Source of the DNA: a virus
Taxonomy: Duplodnaviria > Caudoviricetes
IMG/VR virus record: IMGVR_UViG_3300024254_000021
Location: 1-34,375 of that record
Direction: 5' to 3' (one strand)
DNA: 34,375 bases
Shown: piece by piece, positions 25,701 to 34,375 of the stretch
Layout of the letters: each line of letters starts with the position of its first letter
Numbering within the stretch: position 1 is the stretch's first letter
Made by a program: the position numbers and the translations under genes
The notes under the pieces: generated by a model
Databases searched by the model: none
What the model was told of the DNA's origin: nothing
The model's input: the letters and a program-made list of their open reading frames with translations, nothing else

Positions 25701-26091
25701 GCATGGGCCTTCGGTGTCCACCGGCTGGATCACGGTCTCCAACATGGCGATGCTCAAGCGCATCTGGCGAGTGGTTGCGACGGTTGAAAATCTTTGCCTC
25801 GATGAAGCAGATTCGCCATCTCTATCCATGACGGTTTATGCTGATTGGGTCGAAACGCCGATCGTCACTGGAACCTGGACTTCGGATGTCGTCGGGCAGG
25901 GAGTACAGACGGTGCGCCTACATTTGCCGATACAAAAAATGAAGGCCATCAAGATCGCCGTGCGAGAGGTGCCCTTCAGTGATGTGGAGCGTCTGACCAA
26001 CAATGTGCCAGGATATAACCTGATTGGTGTCGGTTTTGAAGTCGGAGTCAAGGGCCGCATGTCCCTCGAAGGAACGGCAAAAAGCGCATGA
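22753..26091 (+). CDS. Tail nozzle / tail tubular protein B-like (1112 aa)
   Basis: Large beta-rich protein after the adaptor; HRDRLF...VYYTK, LMIFTNRGVYAIEG and IGVIF...GWW propeller-like segments. Confidence 0.65.
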   Translation: MPRDPLAGLQKQVVQLPFVDGLANNFAAQFRPEPKDAMLTIENADLTSIGKFSNRGGFVSLSNQRIGPEGGSSVITSTQMRLFQRQGELGCIANTQVALGSGAGWAGAGDTVFSYTKNIPADAAIGAWKGHGKIPRPTLGCLGNLTPDPLIHTSDCAVSGNFMIVAWHTATGGNTPGGPHGDVFFRVVDITTNTTVIDTTQFPTPPGFYASGFTDTGGSGFGFQAKLQCLAMGNRLYIFLICRNLAFVGQNDVIGAYVDMSVANPVMSSFITLFTAAKTFSMCTNGTNIFMAATLAASPNQARIRTYDSSLIVTNSGNAHLFGSAIDDLNCDAAFGVLAITYLNADIQTVDIWNASTLANVATLGTMCPIITPFSFTLRTPDVVLLSSASVETVVFGAIPAFNSGVFWNRGDVVAGAMTPTGKTGGVPFIAPGVRNIGRLFTINGRVYFPAVKCDFDPALGSGVDYGYFLLEIDSSVSQGATDLYRLPMVAANWATDLSAPVFDTNNVGASGFAAVEMFLPRGCVAGNVYYLTTRRGSALGNRPTPLFTNYQMEVIKLDFADAYRWASRAFGSLTVFAGGAMFATDGRRTFEAGILCRPRILSIVGGGTGGSLVNGNQYFFRAVYTWLDAAGQRYFSAPSYAQRAGDVFSFTPGTPILQIVLTVTAPPCFSGMCSGADYFENSMEVWIYMTNSNTPGIYFLVAQMNTNSSQVGAFSPVNGNATASVGISAEPPSTADQLYVQGGELENSAAPTCRVLEAHRDRLFAISSYDNNVYYTKPATGGRGIEWAQQTQNFALPEPGLGLASNETCLMIFTNRGVYAIEGYGPSVTGQPVQAFGALQLLSNQMGLYEVNSCKTTPIGVIFRTNKGWWLVDRTLSMSYIGDGIDGMITAADKTIAVNVDQRRAVIRIMMTLGASFSDYKQFNYWYDSKRWSVDKSALSYHYKDAMVLGDDYFMIDPFDVVASSGPNYGITWLDGQYDTVGHGPSVSTGWITVSNMAMLKRIWRVVATVENLCLDEADSPSLSMTVYADWVETPIVTGTWTSDVVGQGVQTVRLHLPIQKMKAIKIAVREVPFSDVERLTNNVPGYNLIGVGFEVGVKGRMSLEGTAKSA

Positions 26092-26783
26092 GCAAGCTTG
26101 GAAGTGCAGCGAGTGGCGCGGTCGGCGGAGCGGCGGCCGGGTCTGTGCTTGGGCCCTGGGGCGCGGCGGGCGGAGCCATCATCGGCGGCATTGGCGGCTG
26201 GTTGAGTGGGAGCGATGGACCGAGCGACGCGGAACTCGCGCAGCAGGCAAAGCAGCAAGCAGCGCGAGATGAAGCAACCAACCTTGCCGCGCAAGCGGCG
26301 CGTGGTGGCGGCCCCACTGCGGCACAAGCACTGCTCAACCGCAACGTCACCAATGCGAACGATTTAGCGTTCAGTCAGGCCAAGGGAATCGCTGGCGCAA
26401 ATTCAGCGCTGGCGGCCACGCTCGCGAGCAATCAGTCGTCCGCGAACTCCATGGACGCGATTCAGCAGGCGGCGGCACTGCGCGCGCAGGAACAGCAGGC
26501 AGGGTTGCAGCAATACTTGGCCGCTACGGGCGTGAACACGGCCACGGCCTTCGCGAACGACCAGGCGCAGACGGCGCAGGAAAATTTGCAGTCGGCGCAT
26601 AATCAGCAGCTCTTCAACTCGGCGATCGGCGGCGCGGCGAACGCGGCCGGACGCATCGCGGCCGCGCAGAATGCTGGCGCGAAGCCGGCCGCGAATGCTG
26701 TGAGCAACCCGACCGCGGACCCCACGAGCCCGCAATACGACCCAAACACCGATCCGACCTACGGGCATCGGCAGACTTATTGA
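26088..26783 (+). CDS. Putative small ejection (pilot) protein with glycine zipper
   Basis: GAVGGAAAGSVLGPWGAAGGAIIGGIGG; Ala/Gln/Asn-rich. Confidence 0.6.
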   Translation: MSKLGSAASGAVGGAAAGSVLGPWGAAGGAIIGGIGGWLSGSDGPSDAELAQQAKQQAARDEATNLAAQAARGGGPTAAQALLNRNVTNANDLAFSQAKGIAGANSALAATLASNQSSANSMDAIQQAAALRAQEQQAGLQQYLAATGVNTATAFANDQAQTAQENLQSAHNQQLFNSAIGGAANAAGRIAAAQNAGAKPAANAVSNPTADPTSPQYDPNTDPTYGHRQTY

Positions 26784-27616
26784 TGGCCGATGAAACCACA
26801 AAACTACCTCGCGAAATGGAGCCCGGCTTTCAGGCATGGCTCCGCGCGAACAACGTTCGGGATCTTGATCATCCTGATAGCCACTACGACTATCGAGGCG
26901 CCTATCTCGCGGGCATCGGCCGCTCGGGCAATGCGCATTTCCCTGACACGTTCAAGCAGCACGGACATCCCACTTTCAGCGTCGAGTCAAAATACTCAGC
27001 GGGACCCAATGACGGGGGCCACTGGGACGGCGAAACCTTCATTCCGGCGCAGGTGAATCCCATGGGCGACGCATCCTACAAAAACATCGATTTCGAGCGA
27101 ATGCTTTCGGACCTTGGGCAAGCGCTAGAGCGGAACAAGGCGCGCGCTGAGCCCGGAACGATGCCCGCGCAAGTGGCGGCGCCCGCTCAGACCGCTCCAA
27201 CGGTGCCCACAGCGCGCTTTGCCGATGTGCCCGCGCAAACCATCACCGGCACCGGGAAACCGACGCCTCTGTCCCCACAGGACCAGCAAACGAGCAATCA
27301 GCTAGACCAGGTTCAAACGGCTGCTCCGAACGGCGTTCCATTCGGTAGCTCTCCTTCCACCATGTCCCCGGCGGACCTACAAACGCTGGCCGAGCTGAAC
27401 GCAATTCGAACCACTGGCCCGGGCGGCGTACCGTTCGGCTCGTCACCCGGCATGGTCCCGCATCCGGCGCACGCGCCGCCACCGGCCATCGCCGCCCAGC
27501 TGGCGGGCGTCGCTCAGCAGCCGACGGCGGCGAGCGCACCGCCCACCGTTTACCCCAACATAAACCCACAGGACCCGAACGCCGGGCTCGCGGCCTACGC
27601 GATGCAGAATCGCTGA
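26783..27616 (+). CDS. Putative internal virion protein with globular N-domain and low-complexity tail
   Basis: HYDYRG...HFPDTFK..HPTFSVESKYS...GGHW; the tail has GVPFGSSP twice. Confidence 0.6.
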   Translation: MADETTKLPREMEPGFQAWLRANNVRDLDHPDSHYDYRGAYLAGIGRSGNAHFPDTFKQHGHPTFSVESKYSAGPNDGGHWDGETFIPAQVNPMGDASYKNIDFERMLSDLGQALERNKARAEPGTMPAQVAAPAQTAPTVPTARFADVPAQTITGTGKPTPLSPQDQQTSNQLDQVQTAAPNGVPFGSSPSTMSPADLQTLAELNAIRTTGPGGVPFGSSPGMVPHPAHAPPPAIAAQLAGVAQQPTAASAPPTVYPNINPQDPNAGLAAYAMQNR

Positions 27617-27618
27617 CC

Positions 27619-29490
27619 ATGCAGACCGAGGCCGAGCGCGTAGCAGCGGCGAAGGCGGCACTGGCGCCGACGCAGAATATTGCGTATTCGCCGGATGTCG
27701 CAGCCGCTAAAGGTCCGTCCGCAGATCAGCTCGCTCAGGCTTACGTCGACCAGTCTGGCATTGTCCCAGCACCCGCTGCGCCCGCTCCGGTGAAGCCCCA
27801 GGATTTGAGCGTCGATGACTCAATCACCGAAGTCCCGCAAACGTCACTGGAGCAAAAGGCATCCGGCGAAGTCGCGCGCGAGCTCGGGCCAGCGCCAGTC
27901 TACAACCCGCGCACGCTGGAGAACGAGACGCCACCCAATCCGCTGCCCAACGGCTCGGCACAGCCACTGAACGGTCCTGGAAATGCCTACGGATCGGGCA
28001 CGTCCGGCGAGCTCGCCACGGAAGCCGACCGCCGCGCCGCCGCACGCGCGAAGCTGGTCCCGCTGGACGCGACACGCTCGCTCGAAGCCGCCAATCGCCT
28101 GAATGCGCCAGCGCAGGGTCGAGCCGTGCTCGTCTCGCCGGGTGGCATGCGCCCCAATACGGAAGCGCTCAAGGTCGAGCAGGGGCCGCAAGTCGCGGGC
28201 GCTCAGGACTTGCTGCATGACATCGAATTCCAGGGCACCAAAGCAGCGGCGGACAATGCAACAGCGGAACTGAAGCGCGACACCACGCTCGCAGGATTGC
28301 AAGAACAGAACACCGCGAACACCGCGAAGTTTGCCGGCCAAGAGGCGAAGATCGGCCAGGCGAACAGCGACAAGCTTTCGGCCGTCGCCGACCGCATGCA
28401 GGTCGCGATTGATCGGGCAAAAGTCCCGGTGGTGTCGCCCGCGCAAGACTTGAATGAGATGGGTATCGGGCAAAAGATCGCCTTCGCTCTAGCCGCTGCC
28501 GGTGGCGGGATCGCTGGCAGAGCGAACGGAACGAACCCATTTCTTCAAGGCTTTGACGATATGGTGAACGCCCGCATCAAGACGCAGATGCAGGAAGTCG
28601 AGCAGGCGAAGGGGCAGGCCGCCGACGAGCAGAACCTATACGGTGTTTTGCGCAAGGGCTTCGACGATGACAATGCCGCGCGGACCGGGCTGCGCGTGAT
28701 GTATTTGCAAGCCCTGGACTCGAAGCTCAAAGAGGCGGCGATCCACTACAATATCGATTCGAACGACGCGCGCTACGTTACTTTGCAGGCGGGGCTTTCG
28801 CAGCAGATGCTGACCGAGCGCGAAAAACTTGCGCAATTGAGCGGCGAACGCGTGTCCGAGGAGACCACGAAGAAGTACGCGCCACCGCAAGTTGCCGTGG
28901 TCGGCGCTGGCGGTATTGACAAGGCTCGGCTCGAGAAACGCAACGCGATCGGCAAAGAACTGGAAGCGCGCGGGCTGAACAAGAACCTGGATGACTTGGA
29001 CGCGCTGAATTCATACATCCGCAACAACGATAAGGGGGGCGTGATTCAGCAGTACATGGACCATCATCCGGGCTCGGGCTGGTTCCAGTCGTTCGCGAAC
29101 ATGCAGAAGGATCCGGCGCAGCGGCAGGCCACGGTCGACTTGCAGCGCGGTGTGCAATCCGAGTTTGGCGAAAAGGGCATGCGCTCCGAGGGTGGGCAAG
29201 CCGTCGTCAAGGCGCTCACGGATCCGAATCTCGCGCCCGAGGCCTACAACCGCCTCGCGCACGACACGCGCAACGGAATCGACCGCGTGATTTCTCCGTA
29301 CGGTCCCGAGGGCTATCAGGAATTCAACTCGATGCGCCAGACCGAGAGCGACATCGAGAACGCACCGGGCTCGAGCACGACCGCGGTTGGCAGTGAGGCG
29401 CTTCCCAACGCGCTGCCCGAGCCACCGGATAGCACTGCTGCGAATTCGCCAACTGCATCGACTGCGCCGCGCAAGAAAGCGAAGAAGTGA
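27619..29490 (+). CDS. Putative internal virion / ejection protein (623 aa)
   Basis: Helical, Ala/Gln-rich, central hydrophobic Gly segment; position in the operon. Confidence 0.6.
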   Translation: MQTEAERVAAAKAALAPTQNIAYSPDVAAAKGPSADQLAQAYVDQSGIVPAPAAPAPVKPQDLSVDDSITEVPQTSLEQKASGEVARELGPAPVYNPRTLENETPPNPLPNGSAQPLNGPGNAYGSGTSGELATEADRRAAARAKLVPLDATRSLEAANRLNAPAQGRAVLVSPGGMRPNTEALKVEQGPQVAGAQDLLHDIEFQGTKAAADNATAELKRDTTLAGLQEQNTANTAKFAGQEAKIGQANSDKLSAVADRMQVAIDRAKVPVVSPAQDLNEMGIGQKIAFALAAAGGGIAGRANGTNPFLQGFDDMVNARIKTQMQEVEQAKGQAADEQNLYGVLRKGFDDDNAARTGLRVMYLQALDSKLKEAAIHYNIDSNDARYVTLQAGLSQQMLTEREKLAQLSGERVSEETTKKYAPPQVAVVGAGGIDKARLEKRNAIGKELEARGLNKNLDDLDALNSYIRNNDKGGVIQQYMDHHPGSGWFQSFANMQKDPAQRQATVDLQRGVQSEFGEKGMRSEGGQAVVKALTDPNLAPEAYNRLAHDTRNGIDRVISPYGPEGYQEFNSMRQTESDIENAPGSSTTAVGSEALPNALPEPPDSTAANSPTASTAPRKKAKK

Positions 29491-32400
29491 CCGAGCCAGC
29501 GGAAGAAACGACGCCGACCGCGCCGATTGCCTCAGGCGGGCATGACGGCCAGGTCTACGTCCATAATCCGCTGACTGGCGAGGTCAAGCTAGTCGATCCC
29601 GGCGAAGCGTCGACGCTCGTCTACTCGCACGGCTTCCAGCCGCTCAGCAAAGACGACGCGATCCGAACCGACTCCGACCAAATCCTGAAGGAATCGATCA
29701 CGCCGGTTGACTCGATCACCCAGGGCCTTGGCCGCGGGCTTTCTGCCGGCCTCACTGATCTTTTGCCGCGCTCCGCCGGTGAAGAGCGCGAGCGCGCGGC
29801 GACGGACCAGGCATTCCCGTGGCTCACCCCGATTTCGGAGGGCGCCGGGTTCCTGGCTCCTTTTGGCCTCTCTGCTGGGCTCGGAGCGATCGGCGAGGGC
29901 GTGACCGGCGCGCTGCGCGGTGGCGAAGAAATGGGCCTGCTCGGGCGCGCCGCGACGCGCGCGGCCGGCATGGGCACGGAGGGTGCTACATATGGCGGAA
30001 TCGGCGCGGCCCGCGAGGCCAAAACGGAGGACACGCCCCTCACGGCGCAAAAGCTCCTTTCCGGCATGTTCGGCGGTGGAATCATCGGCGGAGCACTCGG
30101 CGCAGGGACAGGCGCTATCGAGGGCAGCGGGTCGATACTTCGCGGCATGTTCAAGGATTCTGCGGCGGCCCGTGAAGAGCTGAACGCGCCCGGGCTGCGT
30201 GACTCGGACGTGGCTTCGATTCTCGACCGCGCCGGCATCCCGCACCAGCCGGGCGCGCTCGACCAGCTTCAGGCGATGCTCTACAACGACCCGAACATCA
30301 CGCCGGAATTCATGGCGGCCATGAAGGCGAGCCCGGGAATTCGAGACGATGTGATGCTTGCGGCGCATCCCGCGCGCGCGAAGGCCGAGGCGGAATTTGC
30401 ATCGGCGCTGAACGACCTACACGAAGGCAACCAAGAAGCGCTGCGCGGCTGGTCCGGGAGACTGAAGCGCGAACAGGCGGAGAATTGGATCGGGCCGGAC
30501 CGGGAGCATATCAGCGACTCGGGAAATCTGGTCGAGATGATGAAGATGCTCGACGTGCCAGGGCGTTTCAATCTCGCGCAGGACATCGTCGAAGCGGTCG
30601 AGCGCGCGGGAAAGGCGAACCCCGAGGCGTTCAACGAGCTGATCAATTCGGTCAGCGCGCGCAATGGTGAGGAGGCGCTAAAAAATGTCGACCGTGCGTT
30701 GCTACACGGCAACAAAGACGTGCTCGACCACCTTTTTTCGAGCCGCCTGCTGAACGATGAAAATATCGCGAAGCTGAAAATTCCGGAGGCTTCGCCGGTC
30801 GACCTGGCCAATTTGCAGGAAGCCGATCGTCGGGCATTGATGCCCAAATATTCGCCTGAGGAAATCGCCGCCCATCGCGCAAAGCTAGAGTCTTTCCGCG
30901 TAACCCCAGAAGAGCAGCAGGCAATCAAGGCCTATTCTTTCGGGCATGACGAAGCGATCCGCCAAGCGCAAAATGGCCTTTCTGATACTGAAATTAAGGG
31001 CTTACGTCGCGCTAGCTATGGTGATCAGGAAGTCGATAAGCAGGGTGTGCGCCATACGCAGCACGCTGCGGAAGCTCGGAAATACAGCGCAGTACTGGAT
31101 GAATACATGCGGCATGCTCCAGTGTCTGACCTGCCCAATGTATACCGCGGGCTAGTCATACCACCCGATGAGGCCCAAGCATTCATCTCACAAAATACGA
31201 TCGATCTAGGGGACGCGGTTCAGTCTGTATCTTCAGATCCGGCGGTCGCGCGCTCTTTCGTCATCCGCAATCAAGAGCCAGGGCAAGTCGGCGTAGTTCT
31301 GAAGATTGAGCAAAAATCAGCGCGCGGTATCGAGCATCTTGCCGATGAGCGCGTGCAAGTTGAACGAGAATTGCTGCTCCCGCGCAAGACAAGGCTTCAG
31401 GTTGTCGAGCGATACCGCGACCCATTGACGCCGGACAATTACGTCATTGTTGCGCGTGAAATCCCGAATGAAGGCGCGCACACTTCACAAGGCAATTTGC
31501 GAAAACTTCTCCGTCTCGAGCCCAAGACTAGGGCAATCGAGCCCGCGTGGAAATCGGCAGCGCTCGACTACGTCGACAAGCACATCGAAAACCTCGCCGA
31601 GCTTTCCGCGCAGCCGAAGGGATATCTAGCGTCGGAGGGAGCCGGGGACCTGCGCAAAATGGAAGGCCTGCTGAAGGGCGCGCGCGAATCGATCATGGCC
31701 GGCGATCGCGCGAACGCATTCAGCGAGCTCGACTTCGTCAAGAAGCGCGTCGGCGCGGTGCGCGGCGGGGGCTACATTGCGACCGGCGAAGGCGTGCGCA
31801 ACATCGCGCAGGGCATGCACGAGGAGGCGCGCGCGCTGCTCGAGAACCCGGAGCTGTGGGGGCAGAAAGCGGCCAGTGCGCAGAAGGAAATGAACGCGCT
31901 ACTTCACCAGCGGCTGACCCGGGATAGCGACTTCTACAAGGCGTTCTACTCGGGCGCGGGCATGCCTGACCCGAAAAATCCATGGGTAGAAAAGATGGTA
32001 GCCGACCCGGCCAAAATCAAAGATGTGATGAACCGCGTCGTGAACCCGGAGAATTCGCTGGAGCTGGGCATCTTCAAGAAGCACATCGCCGAGTCGGAGC
32101 AGCTCGCGGACATCATGAAGCGCTTCTACTCGCTTGATGAAGGCCAGAAGGGTGTGGTCGACGCCATGAGCAAGTCGTCCAAGGTGGCCGATTCCGCCAT
32201 GGACAACGCGATGCATTACAACCTGCGAATCAATCAGGGCAAGATTCTGTCCCAGGTGGCGCATGGCGGCGCGCGCGGCGCATTCGGGAGCATTGCGGCC
32301 TACGCACTCGGCGGCCCGCTCGGGCTAGCCGGCGCTACGGTCGGCCGCGCCTTGATGAATCCGGGTCGCCTGTGGCGCATGCAGGCGATTGTCGAGCGGA

Positions 32401-33182
32401 TGCTAGGCTCACACGGCGGTCGCGTCGCGGACGGCATAGCGGGCATCGTGGGCCGAGCGGGTGGGGCAATCGCGAGCGCGACGAAGGGCAGCGTTCGCGC
32501 AGTAGGCTCCCTTGGTTTGCTGGCTCAGGACGTGATGACGCGGCAACAAGCGTACGGCTCGACGCTTCACGACTTGGCGGCCATCGCGTCGAACCGTGAC
32601 CACGTGGTGAAGGCGCTGGCAAGCTGGCACGGGCCGGACCTGGCGCACTTGCCGAACGCCATCCCAGGCATGGCCGATTCAATCCAGCGTGCCGCGCAAT
32701 TCTGCCTGTCCGTAGCTCCGGCGCGCCCCGAGCCTGGCATTTTCAGCGATGACGAACTCGGGTTGATTTCGGCGAGCGAGGCCGAGGAGTTTTCGAACAC
32801 GGTGCACGCGGCGATGGATCCGGCGATGACGCTCGCGATGATGCGCGATGGGCGGCTAACGCCTCAGGTGCTCAAGGCAGCCGATACCGCGGCGCCGGAG
32901 CTCATGCAGGACATGCGCGGCGAAATCAGCAATGTGCTCATGAGTACGAGCGGCGCCGTGAAGATTGACCCGCTCGCGCAGCAAGGGCTCGCGATGTTGC
33001 TCGGGGTCACACCGTCGCCGCACTATACGATCGCACTTCAGTCGAGCTGGACCAGCAACGAAACGAAGCCGACCGCGAAAGTCTCGCCCGGCTCGCTTGG
33101 CGATACCGGCGTGAACGACCGCTATTCGATGTCGAAATTCTCGGAAGCCGACCGGCTTGAAAGTGGAGAAATGGCCCAATGA
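29487..33182 (+). CDS. Large ejection protein with internal ADP-ribosyltransferase domain (1231 aa)
   Basis: Gly-rich hydrophobic stretches at both ends; central AIKAYS...VYRG...QSVSSD...ERELLLPR. Confidence 0.75.
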   Translation: MTEPAEETTPTAPIASGGHDGQVYVHNPLTGEVKLVDPGEASTLVYSHGFQPLSKDDAIRTDSDQILKESITPVDSITQGLGRGLSAGLTDLLPRSAGEERERAATDQAFPWLTPISEGAGFLAPFGLSAGLGAIGEGVTGALRGGEEMGLLGRAATRAAGMGTEGATYGGIGAAREAKTEDTPLTAQKLLSGMFGGGIIGGALGAGTGAIEGSGSILRGMFKDSAAAREELNAPGLRDSDVASILDRAGIPHQPGALDQLQAMLYNDPNITPEFMAAMKASPGIRDDVMLAAHPARAKAEAEFASALNDLHEGNQEALRGWSGRLKREQAENWIGPDREHISDSGNLVEMMKMLDVPGRFNLAQDIVEAVERAGKANPEAFNELINSVSARNGEEALKNVDRALLHGNKDVLDHLFSSRLLNDENIAKLKIPEASPVDLANLQEADRRALMPKYSPEEIAAHRAKLESFRVTPEEQQAIKAYSFGHDEAIRQAQNGLSDTEIKGLRRASYGDQEVDKQGVRHTQHAAEARKYSAVLDEYMRHAPVSDLPNVYRGLVIPPDEAQAFISQNTIDLGDAVQSVSSDPAVARSFVIRNQEPGQVGVVLKIEQKSARGIEHLADERVQVERELLLPRKTRLQVVERYRDPLTPDNYVIVAREIPNEGAHTSQGNLRKLLRLEPKTRAIEPAWKSAALDYVDKHIENLAELSAQPKGYLASEGAGDLRKMEGLLKGARESIMAGDRANAFSELDFVKKRVGAVRGGGYIATGEGVRNIAQGMHEEARALLENPELWGQKAASAQKEMNALLHQRLTRDSDFYKAFYSGAGMPDPKNPWVEKMVADPAKIKDVMNRVVNPENSLELGIFKKHIAESEQLADIMKRFYSLDEGQKGVVDAMSKSSKVADSAMDNAMHYNLRINQGKILSQVAHGGARGAFGSIAAYALGGPLGLAGATVGRALMNPGRLWRMQAIVERMLGSHGGRVADGIAGIVGRAGGAIASATKGSVRAVGSLGLLAQDVMTRQQAYGSTLHDLAAIASNRDHVVKALASWHGPDLAHLPNAIPGMADSIQRAAQFCLSVAPARPEPGIFSDDELGLISASEAEEFSNTVHAAMDPAMTLAMMRDGRLTPQVLKAADTAAPELMQDMRGEISNVLMSTSGAVKIDPLAQQGLAMLLGVTPSPHYTIALQSSWTSNETKPTAKVSPGSLGDTGVNDRYSMSKFSEADRLESGEMAQ

Positions 33183-33544
33183 GCGATTCAGATTTCATCT
33201 ACCCACCACGGCTGAACACGGCAGCGCGTGCGAACCAACAACGCATCGCGGTGTCGGCGGCAAGCGCGCAAACGGCGCTCGCGGCGAACCTCGCGAAAAC
33301 CGGTTGGGTTCGAATCAAAGCGATCGGCGCGGATGTCGACTTCGCGATCGACACGACCGGCGGCACGCTGGTGAAGGACGCAACCGGGTCGGGAACGACC
33401 GTGGGTGGTACGCTGGCCAACGGACAAACAGAGGACTTCTACATCGCGCTGCCCGGCGCCGCTGGCGTCGTCACCACGATCGCGAGCGCGAACGGATTCC
33501 TCCTCATCTACCGAGCCGGAAAAGACCGCGTTCAGAACCCGTAA
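33179..33544 (+). CDS. Putative virion/tail protein (121 aa)
   Basis: ATGA overlap; Thr/Gly/Ala-rich beta composition. Confidence 0.6.
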   Translation: MSDSDFIYPPRLNTAARANQQRIAVSAASAQTALAANLAKTGWVRIKAIGADVDFAIDTTGGTLVKDATGSGTTVGGTLANGQTEDFYIALPGAAGVVTTIASANGFLLIYRAGKDRVQNP

Positions 33545-33546
33545 TC

Positions 33547-33873
33547 ATGCCTTTTTTGAGCCGCAGAGCTGGCGCGATGGCGCGACGTGTCGGACTGAAG
33601 ACTCCGACCGCAGCGTCATTTACGCCCGCGCTTGCCGGTTCTGGACCCACCGTCACGGTCACGGGTTCGACGTTTTACGGCGTTCCATTGCAAGTCCAGA
33701 CGGCGATCGGCGTGCTCGGGGTTGCGCTGTTCCAGTACTCGACGGATGGTGGACAAAGTTTCACGGTTGGATTGACGACTGGCGCAAATGTGAATCTTCC
33801 GACGCTGCCCGGTGTGCAGCTGCATTTTTCTGCCGGTACATATGCGGTGAACACGCTGAACGGAGTCGTCTGA
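33547..33873 (+). CDS. Putative virion/tail protein (108 aa)
   Basis: ATG 2 nt after the previous stop; FQYSTDGGQSF motif. Confidence 0.6.
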   Translation: MPFLSRRAGAMARRVGLKTPTAASFTPALAGSGPTVTVTGSTFYGVPLQVQTAIGVLGVALFQYSTDGGQSFTVGLTTGANVNLPTLPGVQLHFSAGTYAVNTLNGVV

Positions 33874-33874
33874 A

Positions 33875-34375
33875 ATGGCCTACAATGATCCGTCTTGGCG
33901 TGGCACGTCGAATTCTCCGAGCGGCCCAGAGCCGAGAATCGTCCGGCGCGATTTTACAGATTTGATGACGCGGGATAGCGACCAATTACCGAACGGTTGC
34001 GAAGCATATGTGCTCGGTCAGAAAAATTCTTACATTCTCGACACGTCAAACACGCAGACTGCGGATGGGTTTTATGTTGTCGCTAGAGCAGCATCACTAA
34101 GTGGACGCTGGGTTCTATTTTCCGGACAAGGGCAGCAACCATTCCGGGCTTCGCTATTCATTGATCCAGCATTCGCGGGCACGCAAACGGGGAGCGAATC
34201 AAATCCGTTTACTTCGATAGCACTCGCTCTCGCGTTCTGCGCTGCACAAGCGCTCACATCGGCTACTTTTGAGTTGCCCCCAGGTGTCTCGACCGTTGAG
34301 AACGTCTCATTGCCCGCAGGCAATTGGGAAATCACGTGCAAGTCGACGAACCGGGTTGCAGGCATCACCGGGACC
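33875..34375 (+). CDS. Probable tail fibre or spike, truncated at the window edge
   Basis: Open frame from ATG 33875 (MAYNDPSWRG...) to the end; LFIDPAFAGTQTGSESNPFTSIALA resembles the motif that precedes beta-helix domains. Confidence 0.55.
   Translation, partial: MAYNDPSWRGTSNSPSGPEPRIVRRDFTDLMTRDSDQLPNGCEAYVLGQKNSYILDTSNTQTADGFYVVARAASLSGRWVLFSGQGQQPFRASLFIDPAFAGTQTGSESNPFTSIALALAFCAAQALTSATFELPPGVSTVENVSLPAGNWEITCKSTNRVAGITGT

Noticed and set aside
1-34375. Calling the element an integrated prophage
   Set aside because: No integrase, att site or host flanking genes are visible, so lifestyle cannot be determined from this window.

Overview
This GC-rich window is a large piece of a tailed-phage (or prophage) genome, cut at both ends, with podovirus-type virion genes. 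From left to right there are five blocks. (1) A leftward early operon (<1-4048) carries a Bet/RecT-like recombinase, a DUF6745-like gene with its usual small partner, and translationally coupled micro-ORFs built from a 12-nt repeat. (2) A divergent control region (4074-4225) has two near-identical palindromic operators and a single Cro-like HTH gene. (3) A rightward operon (4219-11103) encodes a lytic-transglycosylase-like protein, an ERCC4 nuclease, a DEDD exonuclease, an adenine methylase and a VapE-like ATPase, followed by an AT-rich, origin-like region. (4) Leftward accessory genes (11670-13765) include a GT2 glycosyltransferase, a Cys-rich lipoprotein and an RHH regulator. (5) A rightward morphogenesis operon (13838->34375) has terminase, portal, scaffold, capsid, adaptor, nozzle, ejection proteins and the start of a probable tail fibre. 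The most notable observations are the DUF6745 locus whose repeat segment appears to sit in separate micro-genes, an R-S-ExE ADP-ribosyltransferase domain inside the largest ejection protein, a structured leader RNA ahead of an unannotated Arg-rich peptide, and several promoters that predict leaderless mRNAs. No integrase, CI-type repressor, tRNA or CRISPR array was seen. All family calls come from motif recognition by eye, not database searches.
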